Below, piece by piece: positions 46,881 to 56,397 of a DNA stretch of 64,000 bases. The notes below the pieces were generated by a model that was not told the DNA's origin, searched no databases, and saw nothing but the letters and a program-made list of their open reading frames with translations. Each line of letters begins with the position of its first letter. Position 1 is the stretch's first letter. The position numbers were made by a program, and so were the translations under genes. The DNA comes from Pseudobdellovibrionaceae bacterium (lineage in GTDB: Bacteria; Bdellovibrionota; Bdellovibrionia; Bdellovibrionales; Bdellovibrionaceae): assembly GCA_044229295.1 (NCBI GenBank), contig JBGATJ010000007.1, positions 13,141 through 77,140 on the forward strand. Reading direction: 5' to 3'.

Positions 46881-47755
46881 TGGACGTCCGCAAAACCAAC
46901 CGTAATCACATCGGCTTCTGATTGAGCCTCGATGCCAAGAACAATCGGCGAGAGCGAAGTTCCCGGAGCTGACACTGGAGCTACTGTGGCGGAGATGCCT
47001 GACCACTGATCCCCTTGGATGACGTCTTCAACGCCAAGACCGCTACCACTTGCCGGCCGCACATAAATATGAAGGCCTCTGAGAGAGATCGGTCTGATGT
47101 TACCGTAAATTCGGGGATTGAAGACTTTGTACTCATTTTGAACTGAATTAAACGACTGGATGCTAATCTCAAGGGTTGCGCCTGCAAGGCTTGCAACCGC
47201 AGGTGCAACCTCAGAAAGGTTGAATTTGAGAGTTGCAACTTGCGTGGTTGTGATGAGTGGTAGAGGGTTTACAATAGCAACAGGGGAGCTGACATAGGGA
47301 GGATTCGGGAGCGTGGCTCCTGCAATAGAGCCCCCAGTTGAGCCACCTTGCTGAACTTCGATCAATGCCCACTGGGTAAGGAGATTTTGCATGACAGCTT
47401 CGTTGCTAGGATCTGCGCAGATGGGATCTCCGCAGTGATTGTTACTCACGTACGACGCATAAATCGATGCTACTGGATTTGCAAAGTCAACAAATGGGCG
47501 TGCAAAATCATAGGCCACTTTGACATCTTCGTTAGCCCATTTAGGGCTCACTCGGTTGGCGTGACATTTTACGCAGCCGTGGGTTTGTCCGAAGGCGTAG
47601 ACAGTTGTAGCAAAACCTTCGATCGACGACTCTGATGTTTCAGTAGCTGTGATCGTGGAGCTTTCCTTAGATTCAACGACATGCCCTTTTTCGCAGGCTG
47701 CAAGTCCCAGGGCGATCATCGACAGTAATAAAATTCGATTCAATGATTTCATCAT
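46877..47755 (-). CDS. Lipoprotein with single CxxCH motif
   Basis: Lipobox LGLAAC. CVKCH at nt 47561-47575. ATGA overlap with the upstream gene. Confidence 0.55.
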   Translation of the reverse strand: MMKSLNRILLLSMIALGLAACEKGHVVESKESSTITATETSESSIEGFATTVYAFGQTHGCVKCHANRVSPKWANEDVKVAYDFARPFVDFANPVASIYASYVSNNHCGDPICADPSNEAVMQNLLTQWALIEVQQGGSTGGSIAGATLPNPPYVSSPVAIVNPLPLITTTQVATLKFNLSEVAPAVASLAGATLEISIQSFNSVQNEYKVFNPRIYGNIRPISLRGLHIYVRPASGSGLGVEDVIQGDQWSGISATVAPVSAPGTSLSPIVLGIEAQSEADVITVGFADVH

Positions 47756-49221
47756 ATCACCAACACATCTGCGAGGTTTTGAATGTTCATCGCGGTCACG
47801 GCCGCTGGAGGTACTGTGCCAGCATTAATCCATTTGAGAGCCGAAAGATAAAGACCAGAGACCGCTTCAGCTGAAGACTTGATATTAGATGCTGTTTTTG
47901 CATTTCCATTGTTAGAAGTGATCGTGCCCGTCATTAGTGCTGTAGGCCCAACTCCAGCTGGGTTAAAAAATACAATCAATCCTGCGTTGTAAGAACCACC
48001 GGCATCACCGCGAGCAACTGGCGCGTTCACTGTGGTTGCGACGCCTCCGATGGTTGCGGCCACCGACTGAACTCCCGAAGCAATAGCTTGACCATTTGAA
48101 AAGTAAAGGAAGGCACCAGGCGCGTTGGCTGCGTAACAGGCCGCCAAGAACATAACGATGGCGCGAGCCTCCTCGATATCCGCAGGCGCGATGACAGTTT
48201 GTGGATTTTGTCCATGATAGTCTCTGCCGCCAAGTTGAAGAACAACACCACCGATCACACCCATGGCTGATTGGTAGTAAGAGGCAAGCAGCGATTGCTC
48301 AGCAGGTGTTAGACTTGCTACAGTAAATAAAGATGTCAGTGGAGCAAGCCCTGTGGCTGTAAATAGAGAGCTACCAAAAGTAGGATCAACAAGCGCAGAG
48401 TTCCCGTAAAGCGCGCATCCCGCAGATGTTGTTAAATTAGCAGCCCCGTTTCGAGAGGCATTGCCAAATGTGTTGGTCATTGCTGCGGCAATATCGATAG
48501 CGGCGTTAGATGCATCCGTCATAGACTGTGCAGTGACAAGTCCAGTGGCACTTGGCGAAACTGAGAATAATGTTGAAAGCGTTGCAGGCGTGAGTCCATT
48601 TTTGGAGATGGAGCTAGCAGCCATCCCTGTGGCCCAACTTGCCATTTTGTTAGAGACAGAAATACGAAGGTCTTTACCGAGTTGAGTGTTTTTAAAAGCT
48701 GCCGCTCCTCCAAGGAGACCCGTGTTGGAGCCAGCCCCGTCGTCAGAATTAAAAGGACCGCGATGCCCGCCGCCGCTGATTTTGCTTAAAACTTTAGTCT
48801 GCCAATCGGCAGATCCGCCCACCCAACCTGGAGGTCCTTGCATGATCGTTGCGCCAAAAGGACTCGTTGTATCGATCACAAGATTGGGCCCTAGTTTTAA
48901 AAGATTGGTTCCAGAAATTCCATAGTTTGCGGCAATCGTCGGGTTCATCATGGCAGCTTGATCTTCGCCAATAAAACGAGCTCCCATGGTGGGGCCGCCT
49001 TCTGCAAAGATTTGAGCGATGGCGCCTGTCGCCCTCACGGTAGGAGGGCAGGTGAGCGCGGCTTGAGCCTCTCTTGTTAAAAATGGCAACAGTGCGGTTG
49101 GAAGAGTCGTAGATATAAATCCAGTTGCAAGCCCACGAGCCAATAAATCCCGGCGAGACAGGCCTACATGATCTGCCTTATCAATAAGATCTTTCCAATT
49201 TTGTTTTGACTTGTATGTCAT
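47752..49221 (-). CDS. Tat-signal exported protein, Gly/Ala/Thr-rich, family not recognised
   Basis: Twin-arginine motif SRRDLLARGLATG followed by an h-region and AQA. GGRDYHGQN is faintly reminiscent of DUF1501-type proteins. Confidence 0.6.
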   Translation of the reverse strand: MTYKSKQNWKDLIDKADHVGLSRRDLLARGLATGFISTTLPTALLPFLTREAQAALTCPPTVRATGAIAQIFAEGGPTMGARFIGEDQAAMMNPTIAANYGISGTNLLKLGPNLVIDTTSPFGATIMQGPPGWVGGSADWQTKVLSKISGGGHRGPFNSDDGAGSNTGLLGGAAAFKNTQLGKDLRISVSNKMASWATGMAASSISKNGLTPATLSTLFSVSPSATGLVTAQSMTDASNAAIDIAAAMTNTFGNASRNGAANLTTSAGCALYGNSALVDPTFGSSLFTATGLAPLTSLFTVASLTPAEQSLLASYYQSAMGVIGGVVLQLGGRDYHGQNPQTVIAPADIEEARAIVMFLAACYAANAPGAFLYFSNGQAIASGVQSVAATIGGVATTVNAPVARGDAGGSYNAGLIVFFNPAGVGPTALMTGTITSNNGNAKTASNIKSSAEAVSGLYLSALKWINAGTVPPAAVTAMNIQNLADVLVI

Positions 49222-49230
49222 ACCTCTCCC

Positions 49231-49881
49231 CTAAAGACCCAACATGCTTGCACCTGCCGTGTTGGCGGCAATGCAAACTGCCATAAATGCCATTTTACTT
49301 GTGTTTGTTCCTACCGCGGCCTGTGCTTGAACTAAGTTTGTGAGTACGGTGCTGACAGCGGCACTGTCAGGTCCTTGTGAAGCTAAGCCGGCTGTGTGTT
49401 TGTCTAGCATCCGTAGGCCTGCAACAACCAGCCGAACCTGATTTGCCGAAATGGTTGCAGCTGAATCAATGCCGTAAACGGTTTGCATGATGGGTGTCTT
49501 TCCGGTTGTTAAGTCTGAGCAGGCGGCGTAAGCAAGTAACTCCACCTGATCAAAACCTGCGGCATTAAGAATGTTGGTTCTTGCTGGTAAGTTAGTTTTT
49601 ACAAGACCTAAAGTTTTCTCAAAATTTCCTCTTGTTGCTAGCGCATTTTTTTCTAGACCATTTTCAAGACGAGCGACAATTGCAGGGCCGGTAGGAACTA
49701 AAACCCCTTGTTGGTTTGGACCACCAGTCACCGGAGTTGCTGGTCCCGCTTGTGAAATGTTATTTCCGGGAATGGAGCTTGCCGCAACAGCGACTCCAAT
49801 TTCGCCGTGAGGCGGAGCTTCAATTTGATGTTCTGAACAGGCGCAAAGAGCGAGGCTCGTCACAAATAAGACATATTTCAT
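49231..49881 (-). CDS. Putative lipoprotein
   Basis: MKYVLFVTSLALCAC N-terminus. ATGA overlap with the upstream gene. Confidence 0.5.
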   Translation of the reverse strand: MKYVLFVTSLALCACSEHQIEAPPHGEIGVAVAASSIPGNNISQAGPATPVTGGPNQQGVLVPTGPAIVARLENGLEKNALATRGNFEKTLGLVKTNLPARTNILNAAGFDQVELLAYAACSDLTTGKTPIMQTVYGIDSAATISANQVRLVVAGLRMLDKHTAGLASQGPDSAAVSTVLTNLVQAQAAVGTNTSKMAFMAVCIAANTAGASMLGL

Positions 49882-51164
49882 AGGCACCCCGGACTCGCAG
49901 CAACAGCTGCTACGATCGTTCTTAGATCATCGGTGCCAGCAGGCTCAGCCCACGGATTAGCGCTGGCTGCGATGGCCGTGATCTCAGCGGCAGAGAAATT
50001 TCCAAGAGGGCAAAGTTCTCCAATCACACGTTGAGTAAAAAACTGATAGACGATCCAAGACTGGGTGATGGCGTAGCCGAGCTGTTGAAGACCTTGACCT
50101 TGAGTTGGACCTTTCCAACCCATGGCTGAGAGAACGCCCGTTTCGCTCCAAGTTCGCGAGACATCCCAACTTTGAGCCGCGTCCACATCAACGCTACTGG
50201 GATTGCATACAGGAGTTGGAGTTCTAGTAAGGTTGCATGTGAGGTTACGATTGCGTTGACCTGGATCTGATCCCAAAGATTTCATCGTGTTCACAGTAGG
50301 GTTTGCAATGTACACAAGACCCTTGCCAGTGAAATCAAAAACGTTTGCGACTGTGGCATATCCATGTCCCACCGAAGTCATCCCACCACCGTGACATGCG
50401 ATACAAGCTGTTTGGTTTTGCCCATGGAAAAAATTAGGGTCATACTGAGGAACAAATTTGGGGACCTGATCAACAGATGCGGCGGGTGATGCCACGTCAA
50501 TGATTGCAAACCCCGTTGAAATTTGCCAAATGCCTTCGATCATGCGCAGATTGGTTCCTGCGGTGGCCCCATACATCGCAAATGAATTGTCTCCAGGCCT
50601 ATCACTTAATGTTGCATATCCGCCAACCACCGAAACTGGTAAGTAGATGCCGTTGCTGTCGAGCTGACCGCCAAGGCGAACGAGTTGAGTCCAATCGACA
50701 TTCGCAAGTTCATCTCCAGAAAGATCAGCTGCGTGAACTTGAGCTCCCGTCGAAGGGGAAATCACCATGTAAGTTGCATTTTCTGACCAGATATTGCTGA
50801 TTCGAGCAGGGGCGCCTGCGCCCACAAAGTGCGCGATTAAAAAGGCTGTGGCATCGTTGTCTTTCATCCCACTGGCATCTAGACCTGGATTTTGCATTTG
50901 AAGAGCCAGCCTGCGCGCCGTAGAGTTTGCAAAATATTTGCTGTTGGCAGCAACGAGAGCCGCGCCTCTGATATCTCCTGAAGCCACAAGGTTGACCATT
51001 TGAGTAAATAGTGGATCTGACGAGGGCATTAAGCCCCCAGTGATTGCATTTTTAAGACGAAGCGCTTTGACGGTTGAAGCAACATCTATGGCTTGAGCAA
51101 GGGGTGTGGCCACCATTGTCCAAACCAAAGCGAGCATAGCTCCGTAGTTCATATTCTTTGACAT
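49878..51164 (-). CDS. Exported protein with single CxxCH motif
   Basis: Signal peptide ..VATPLAQA. CIACH at nt 50391-50405. First gene of the four-gene operon. Confidence 0.55.
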   Translation of the reverse strand: MSKNMNYGAMLALVWTMVATPLAQAIDVASTVKALRLKNAITGGLMPSSDPLFTQMVNLVASGDIRGAALVAANSKYFANSTARRLALQMQNPGLDASGMKDNDATAFLIAHFVGAGAPARISNIWSENATYMVISPSTGAQVHAADLSGDELANVDWTQLVRLGGQLDSNGIYLPVSVVGGYATLSDRPGDNSFAMYGATAGTNLRMIEGIWQISTGFAIIDVASPAASVDQVPKFVPQYDPNFFHGQNQTACIACHGGGMTSVGHGYATVANVFDFTGKGLVYIANPTVNTMKSLGSDPGQRNRNLTCNLTRTPTPVCNPSSVDVDAAQSWDVSRTWSETGVLSAMGWKGPTQGQGLQQLGYAITQSWIVYQFFTQRVIGELCPLGNFSAAEITAIAASANPWAEPAGTDDLRTIVAAVAASPGCL

Positions 51165-51358
51165 TAATCTCCCCCGACGCTTTAATTTTATCGGCTATTT
51201 GAGGTGAATTCGAGGGTCATGATCAAATTAATAGCAAAGTTCTTGTTTTGAGTTACTTCTTGGCGAGAAAATGGTTTTTTTTCTGGCGAACTTTAAATCA
51301 CCTGTCAAAAACTTAGTCACTGTTTGTGACCTCTCCAGTGACGGAAATGAGAAGGGAA

Positions 51359-51892
51359 ATGAAGAAAAATCTGAATCTTTTGATAGCGAGCTTATTGGTA
51401 TTTTCCTCTCCGTCGTTTGGAGCTTCACCAAAAGTTCGAGCTGGGACTTTTGCACCTGGAATTAGTCTTGGTTTTAAAGGTGCAGGATCGATCAGTTTAA
51501 AGTATTGGCTTCAGGAAAAGATCGCTTTTGATATCAACGTTGAGTACTTCAAGGGACCTTTTTCTGTGATCTATGCCGATGCCTATTATCACTTCCCTGA
51601 GGTTTTCGCGAAAAGCTCAGGGCACTTGCGAGAAACTGCGCTTTACGTTGGCGCTGGACTTGGCGCGGGCGCCTGGCATCGCGAAGACAATTGCGCAAGG
51701 TTTGGTTGCTCATGGAATGAGGGCACCAAGGGTTCTGGAGATGGGTACTTTCTAAGAACCGTCGGAGGAGCTGAGTGGTATCCGCCAAGAACAGAACTTG
51801 GTATATTTATGGAGCTTGCGCCATCGTACCTGCTCTACCCGAATACAAAAATCATTTATGATCTTTTAGCGGGCGCTCGCCTTTACTGGTAG
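51359..51892 (+). CDS. Small outer-membrane beta-barrel-like protein
   Basis: Signal peptide MKKNLNLLIASLLVFSSPSFGA. Alternating strands. Aromatic C-terminus (ARLYW). Confidence 0.5.
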   Translation: MKKNLNLLIASLLVFSSPSFGASPKVRAGTFAPGISLGFKGAGSISLKYWLQEKIAFDINVEYFKGPFSVIYADAYYHFPEVFAKSSGHLRETALYVGAGLGAGAWHREDNCARFGCSWNEGTKGSGDGYFLRTVGGAEWYPPRTELGIFMELAPSYLLYPNTKIIYDLLAGARLYW

Positions 51893-53458
51893 GTGCTTCA
51901 GCGAAGATTCGGGATGAGTGAGCGCGCGGTAAACGCCGTTGGTCCAGCCGAAGCCGTCTTGCGTGGGATACTCGCCGCCGCCAGACTTTAGTTTGGTATC
52001 GATGACGTTGTATTTTTCCATCATCTTGCCTGTGGACTTGTAGACTTGAAGATTAATAGCAAGCCACTGATCACGTATTTTTTTAGCAAGTGGCTCTATG
52101 TGATATTGCTTGAGACCAGCGTAAGCCATCCACTGATGTGGAGCCCAGCCATTAGGGGCATCCCATTGTTGACCTGAGGTTCGAAGAGTCGTTACAAGGC
52201 CGCCGGGTTTTAGAAGCTTTTCTTGAATCACGGAGCTAGCCCTGCGAGCTTGATTGTCTGTGGCGAGTCCGACAAAAAGAGGCACCACCGTTGCGATCGT
52301 GAGTTCTGGAGTGCGGGTTTTATTTTTCCAATGATAGTCGTAAAAAGCCCCGGCCTTTTCATCCCAGAGATAGCGGTGAATCAGATTTTTTCTCACGTCA
52401 GCCTGCTTTTGAAAACTCTCAGCCTGGCTCTTGTTGCCAGCGATCAGAGAGAGCTCAGAAATTTTCATCTCCAGATAGTAAAGAAGAGAATTTAAATCTA
52501 CGGGCAGAAGCCTTGTCACTTGAATAGAGGCAAGCTCGGTTGGATCTTTGAACCAGCGCGTGCTGTAATCCCAGCCAGACTCAGCGCCGGCTCTGAGTTC
52601 GCGGTAAGTTTCGGCGCGACTTCTCCCGTAGAGTTTTTCCGCCTTCTCTGCAATGCGAACATCTTCTTTATAAGCTTCGGGCCTCGGATCGTTGCGATCA
52701 TCCCAATATCGATTTAGAACTCCGCCATCCACGCTCACAGCGCGCTCGCCTTTCATCCAAAACTCATGCTCTATGAGAAGAGCTGGGAGAAATTTCACGG
52801 CCGATGGAGCTCCAAAACGAGATTGCCAAAGTGCAACCATCAAAGCAAAAAATGGAGGCTGGGAGCGGGACCTGTAGTAATCGCGGTTGCCGTTAGGAAT
52901 GTGATGAAGAGTGGTAAGAAGGTGCGAAAAGTTTTCGAGCATGTTTTTAAAAAGGTCATCTTTTTGATCCTCTAGTAATCCAAGCTCTGTGAAATAAGAA
53001 TCCCAGTAATAAATCTCACGAAAACGGCCCCCAGGAACTATATAAGAAAATGGCAGGGGAATCAGCGAAGAGTAAGGACTTACGTTTTTATCAGGTGGTC
53101 TTGTGAGATGGTCCCAAAGTGTAGTGAAGTGCCGGTCTAGATCCTCAGAGGTGTTTGTTTGGTAATTGTCCTGAGGGCTCGCAGGGGCTTCAAAATTTTG
53201 AGACACAAACTGCCGTAGGTCTGCTGGCTTTTCTTTTTGAAACGAAGCCATAATTTCCACGGGACTGCGTTTAGGCGTCATATCAACGAAATATTTGGAA
53301 TCAGGAAAAACAGGTGCAAGCTGCACAGCCGTGAAAAGTTCTCCGTAGAGCTGTGAGGGATCTTGATCATCACGAGGGGACTCAAGACGGTGCGAAGGCG
53401 GAGCGGTGCAGCTGACAATCGAAAAACAGACAAACGGAATTAAAAGGAAACTTCGCAA
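51866..53458 (-). CDS. treA: Periplasmic trehalase (GH37)
   Basis: PGGRFREIYYWDSYF, SGWDYSTRW, QWDAPNGWAPHQW signature blocks. N-terminal signal. Confidence 0.9.
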   Translation of the reverse strand: MRSFLLIPFVCFSIVSCTAPPSHRLESPRDDQDPSQLYGELFTAVQLAPVFPDSKYFVDMTPKRSPVEIMASFQKEKPADLRQFVSQNFEAPASPQDNYQTNTSEDLDRHFTTLWDHLTRPPDKNVSPYSSLIPLPFSYIVPGGRFREIYYWDSYFTELGLLEDQKDDLFKNMLENFSHLLTTLHHIPNGNRDYYRSRSQPPFFALMVALWQSRFGAPSAVKFLPALLIEHEFWMKGERAVSVDGGVLNRYWDDRNDPRPEAYKEDVRIAEKAEKLYGRSRAETYRELRAGAESGWDYSTRWFKDPTELASIQVTRLLPVDLNSLLYYLEMKISELSLIAGNKSQAESFQKQADVRKNLIHRYLWDEKAGAFYDYHWKNKTRTPELTIATVVPLFVGLATDNQARRASSVIQEKLLKPGGLVTTLRTSGQQWDAPNGWAPHQWMAYAGLKQYHIEPLAKKIRDQWLAINLQVYKSTGKMMEKYNVIDTKLKSGGGEYPTQDGFGWTNGVYRALTHPESSLKHLPVKASAR

Positions 53459-53479
53459 GGGCGGTCCTTTAAATAAAAA

Positions 53480-55201
53480 TTAACTTGCAGGTTTGGCTGG
53501 AGCTGGTTCTTCGTATCCTTTCTCGTCACTTGGAGTCGTTGGACCTTTGTTTTCCGAAGGTTTGCAAGCCATTTTTCCAACGAGGGGTTTAAGAAAATCC
53601 ATGGAGCGTTCACACTTTGCCCGATCATCATCGGTTATGGTCGTTGAGGTCGTAAAATCAGTGCAGCTGGTCCTATCTATCCAGGTGACGGGAGCGGCAT
53701 ACGTGGATTGGTGGAGTGAAAGAGTTGAACTTGGTAGCGTTCCTGGAAGATTGGACGGGCTAGTTTCATTGTCTTTAAGATCTTTCACCAGATCGAGATT
53801 TTCTTGGCTGAAAGAAAAAACCTCAAAAGATTTCGGTCCTGCCCAAAGCCAAATTCTTGCGGACATTTCATTTTTGTCCTTGTCCCTTTTAATTTCAGTA
53901 ATCCTTGCAATAGACATGTTATTTGGATTGTCATGGTCTGGAAGATATTCCACGTGCAAAACGCTACTTGATTTTTCGATGATTCGGTTTTGGTCAATGT
54001 CAACGCCCTTAGGGTCAACGGCCGCAATAATGAACTCACGAACAAATCCGCCACCAACTTTTTCACATTTTTGCGCATAGTCGGGAGTCGGGCTTCCAAT
54101 GTAGGTATCAGGTTGCTCGGCTGGCGTTTGAGATAGGTCTTCGACACAGCCTTCAGGCATTTTGCCCGTGTTGATCTTCGGCCATGCTTTACATTTGATC
54201 CACTTTTTAACTCCTCCAAAAACTGCAGCACAACGAAAGCCGTCGGTTGAACCCATTTTGCCAGTAAAAGCGCAGGCTCCTACAAAGGTGCCGAGAGCAA
54301 GAGCTTTGATATCTTTGGCCTCGGCGATAAGAAACCTTTTAAGTCGAGGGAGAAGTTTGGTTGCTTCTGCCTCTGCTGCTTTCGCAACAGAAAGAGACTC
54401 CTTCATAGAAGCCTGGAAGGCAGCTTCGACGCCGTCGATAACCTGGGGAGCGCGCTCAATCGCTTGCTGGACGCTGACTCTTGTAAGTGCCCCGGAGGCA
54501 AAAAGTTCTTCTAGGGCAACAGCCCCCTTAACTCCAGCGCCGAAGGGGCCTGTCACAAGCATCCCGATCGCTTTTTCAATATCTGCGTCCGACGGCATTT
54601 TAGGAGGGCCCGCAACTTCGCGGACCGTCGCTCCCCAAGCTGGTGAGGATATGGCATTTGCGACTACCGAAAAAACCGGAGACTCCTGCTTTTTCACGGT
54701 AACGAGTTTTTTCTGGAGAACACTAAGGGGAGTGTCTTTGAGAATAGTCACATTTTTTCTGTTAATACGAAACTGTCCAGAGAACACATCAATGGCTTCT
54801 AAAGTCGTAAAACCGCCTGGGAAAAAGATAACGAGTGCGTTGTTCTGCACGATGACTTTGGTGTATTTGGAAAGGGTCTTGAAGCTCTGCGAAATAGCAT
54901 CGCGGTCTGCTGGATCCCAATTTTTCGCGAGGTCCTGTATCGCCTTTGGATCTTTTTTCTGGTTGGCTTTATCTAGCGTGGTTTTGATCATGTTAAGTAC
55001 CAGAAATGTGATCGCGCTTTTAGCTTTTTGCCGATCCTTGCTCGTTACTTCGGGCGGCCTTTCTGAAATTTTGATAAAGTCCACCGATTTGGAGTCAAAC
55101 ACCGCCGATGGCTTGACGGGTTTTTTTCCGGCGCCGAAAGCGAAGTTACAGGTGAGAATTAAAGCTAATAAATTTACGATGTTACGTGCGACTGGAGTCA
55201 T
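53480..55201 (-). CDS. Exported hypothetical protein (573 aa)
   Basis: Signal peptide ..LILTCNFAFGA. No recognised family. The opposite-strand ORFs are compositional shadows. Confidence 0.5.
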   Translation of the reverse strand: MTPVARNIVNLLALILTCNFAFGAGKKPVKPSAVFDSKSVDFIKISERPPEVTSKDRQKAKSAITFLVLNMIKTTLDKANQKKDPKAIQDLAKNWDPADRDAISQSFKTLSKYTKVIVQNNALVIFFPGGFTTLEAIDVFSGQFRINRKNVTILKDTPLSVLQKKLVTVKKQESPVFSVVANAISSPAWGATVREVAGPPKMPSDADIEKAIGMLVTGPFGAGVKGAVALEELFASGALTRVSVQQAIERAPQVIDGVEAAFQASMKESLSVAKAAEAEATKLLPRLKRFLIAEAKDIKALALGTFVGACAFTGKMGSTDGFRCAAVFGGVKKWIKCKAWPKINTGKMPEGCVEDLSQTPAEQPDTYIGSPTPDYAQKCEKVGGGFVREFIIAAVDPKGVDIDQNRIIEKSSSVLHVEYLPDHDNPNNMSIARITEIKRDKDKNEMSARIWLWAGPKSFEVFSFSQENLDLVKDLKDNETSPSNLPGTLPSSTLSLHQSTYAAPVTWIDRTSCTDFTTSTTITDDDRAKCERSMDFLKPLVGKMACKPSENKGPTTPSDEKGYEEPAPAKPAS

Positions 55202-55386
55202 ACCTTATTGTATTGAATAGAAATCGAAATTTAAAGACTAATTTCAATTGCTCGACAAGGGGCTCGACCTTGGGTGAGGCTAGGAGACAATTTTTGTCAG
55301 TGGCTTTGTCAGAGGCAGTTAGTGGTAAGAGACGCCTCGTCTGCTGTAGGATGCGCACACCCACACTTTAACTCAAGGAATCGATC

Positions 55387-56181
55387 ATGCTAAAAAACAT
55401 TAAACCTATATTAACTTTGCTTTGCACGGCTTTGCTCGCGCCTCAGGTCCAGGCCTACGCACTCTCTACCCCAGAAACCAATGCCATGGCCATCTTATTT
55501 GATGAGTATACCCAGATGGGCCAGGTCATGTTCACAGAAGATGACGTGCGAAAAGTTGCGGCAGATGTTCAATCCATCAAAAATGCATTTCCTGAAGTCG
55601 ATGGTATTTCTGACTATTTTTCTTACGCACCACTTTATCGAACGGCAGAATTTAATTTTGATAAACCAACGGCAATGGCCATTCTCAAAAATCATGGCGT
55701 TAAAATTCCTAAGAAAACAAGGTTTATGCCTGAGGGGATTATTGACGTGACCAAAGATGTTCAATCCATTTCAGACTTTCAGCAGATCGCAAAGCTGGCG
55801 CCCTTTTCTAAGGTCACTCTCAAATACCATTTTGTTCGCTCGTCAAGAAAGCTCTATTCTTATTTAGAGGGTAAGATTGAATTTGATAAAGATGTCCACG
55901 TTCCGAATTTAGAAAAGGCATTGGGGGCAGGACTTTCAATGCGGCTCTATCGTGGAGGGTCGATCATTGGAGACGGAGACCATATTTTGCGCGGCCACCA
56001 AGTGAGTGATGGAAGTTTAGTTTATGTTTTTTCTGTGGGAGATGGCGACTGCATCGCAGGTTGTATGAACCATAAAAACTACCGTTTTAAATTCGACTCG
56101 GCGACCGGACAACCTGTTAAGATTGGTGAAGACAGCGAGCGCCCCGAGTTTGGGCTAAATGTTTTAAACTGGCCCCCTTAA
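55387..56181 (+). CDS. Exported hypothetical protein (264 aa)
   Basis: Signal peptide ..LLAPQVQA. The last three codons and the stop overlap the IS1-like left terminal repeat. Confidence 0.5.
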   Translation: MLKNIKPILTLLCTALLAPQVQAYALSTPETNAMAILFDEYTQMGQVMFTEDDVRKVAADVQSIKNAFPEVDGISDYFSYAPLYRTAEFNFDKPTAMAILKNHGVKIPKKTRFMPEGIIDVTKDVQSISDFQQIAKLAPFSKVTLKYHFVRSSRKLYSYLEGKIEFDKDVHVPNLEKALGAGLSMRLYRGGSIIGDGDHILRGHQVSDGSLVYVFSVGDGDCIAGCMNHKNYRFKFDSATGQPVKIGEDSERPEFGLNVLNWPP

Positions 56182-56239
56182 TTGTTGATGGAGTGGGGGA
56201 CTTCGGTAAGGTCCCAATCCTAAAATTTCACATCACGTT

Positions 56240-56397
56240 TTAAATGAGTATCTCGTTATGAAAATGCGCGTACATGATCAGATGGGCCTGGAGTCGCTCT
56301 GCTTTTTTCGTCGTTGCCCAGGTCTTTCTCTTTAATCGATTCACATTGTCTCGAATCATCGCGCAGGTGTGATTTAAACTAAATAGGGGATCAAACC
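56240..56397 (-). pseudogene. 3' portion of the IS1-like transposase (displaced by the nested IS)
   Basis: Continuing the frame across one copy of the 9-bp duplication gives ..GFDPLFSLNHTCAMIRDNVNRLKRKTWATTKKAERLQAHLIMYAHFHNEILI*. Confidence 0.65.

Noticed and set aside
53493-55220. Plus-strand ORFs 53493..54080 and 54162..55220
   Set aside because: They lie opposite the 573-aa signal-peptide protein. Their composition is Ser/Ala/Arg-biased, with no export or family motifs, so they were treated as shadow ORFs.
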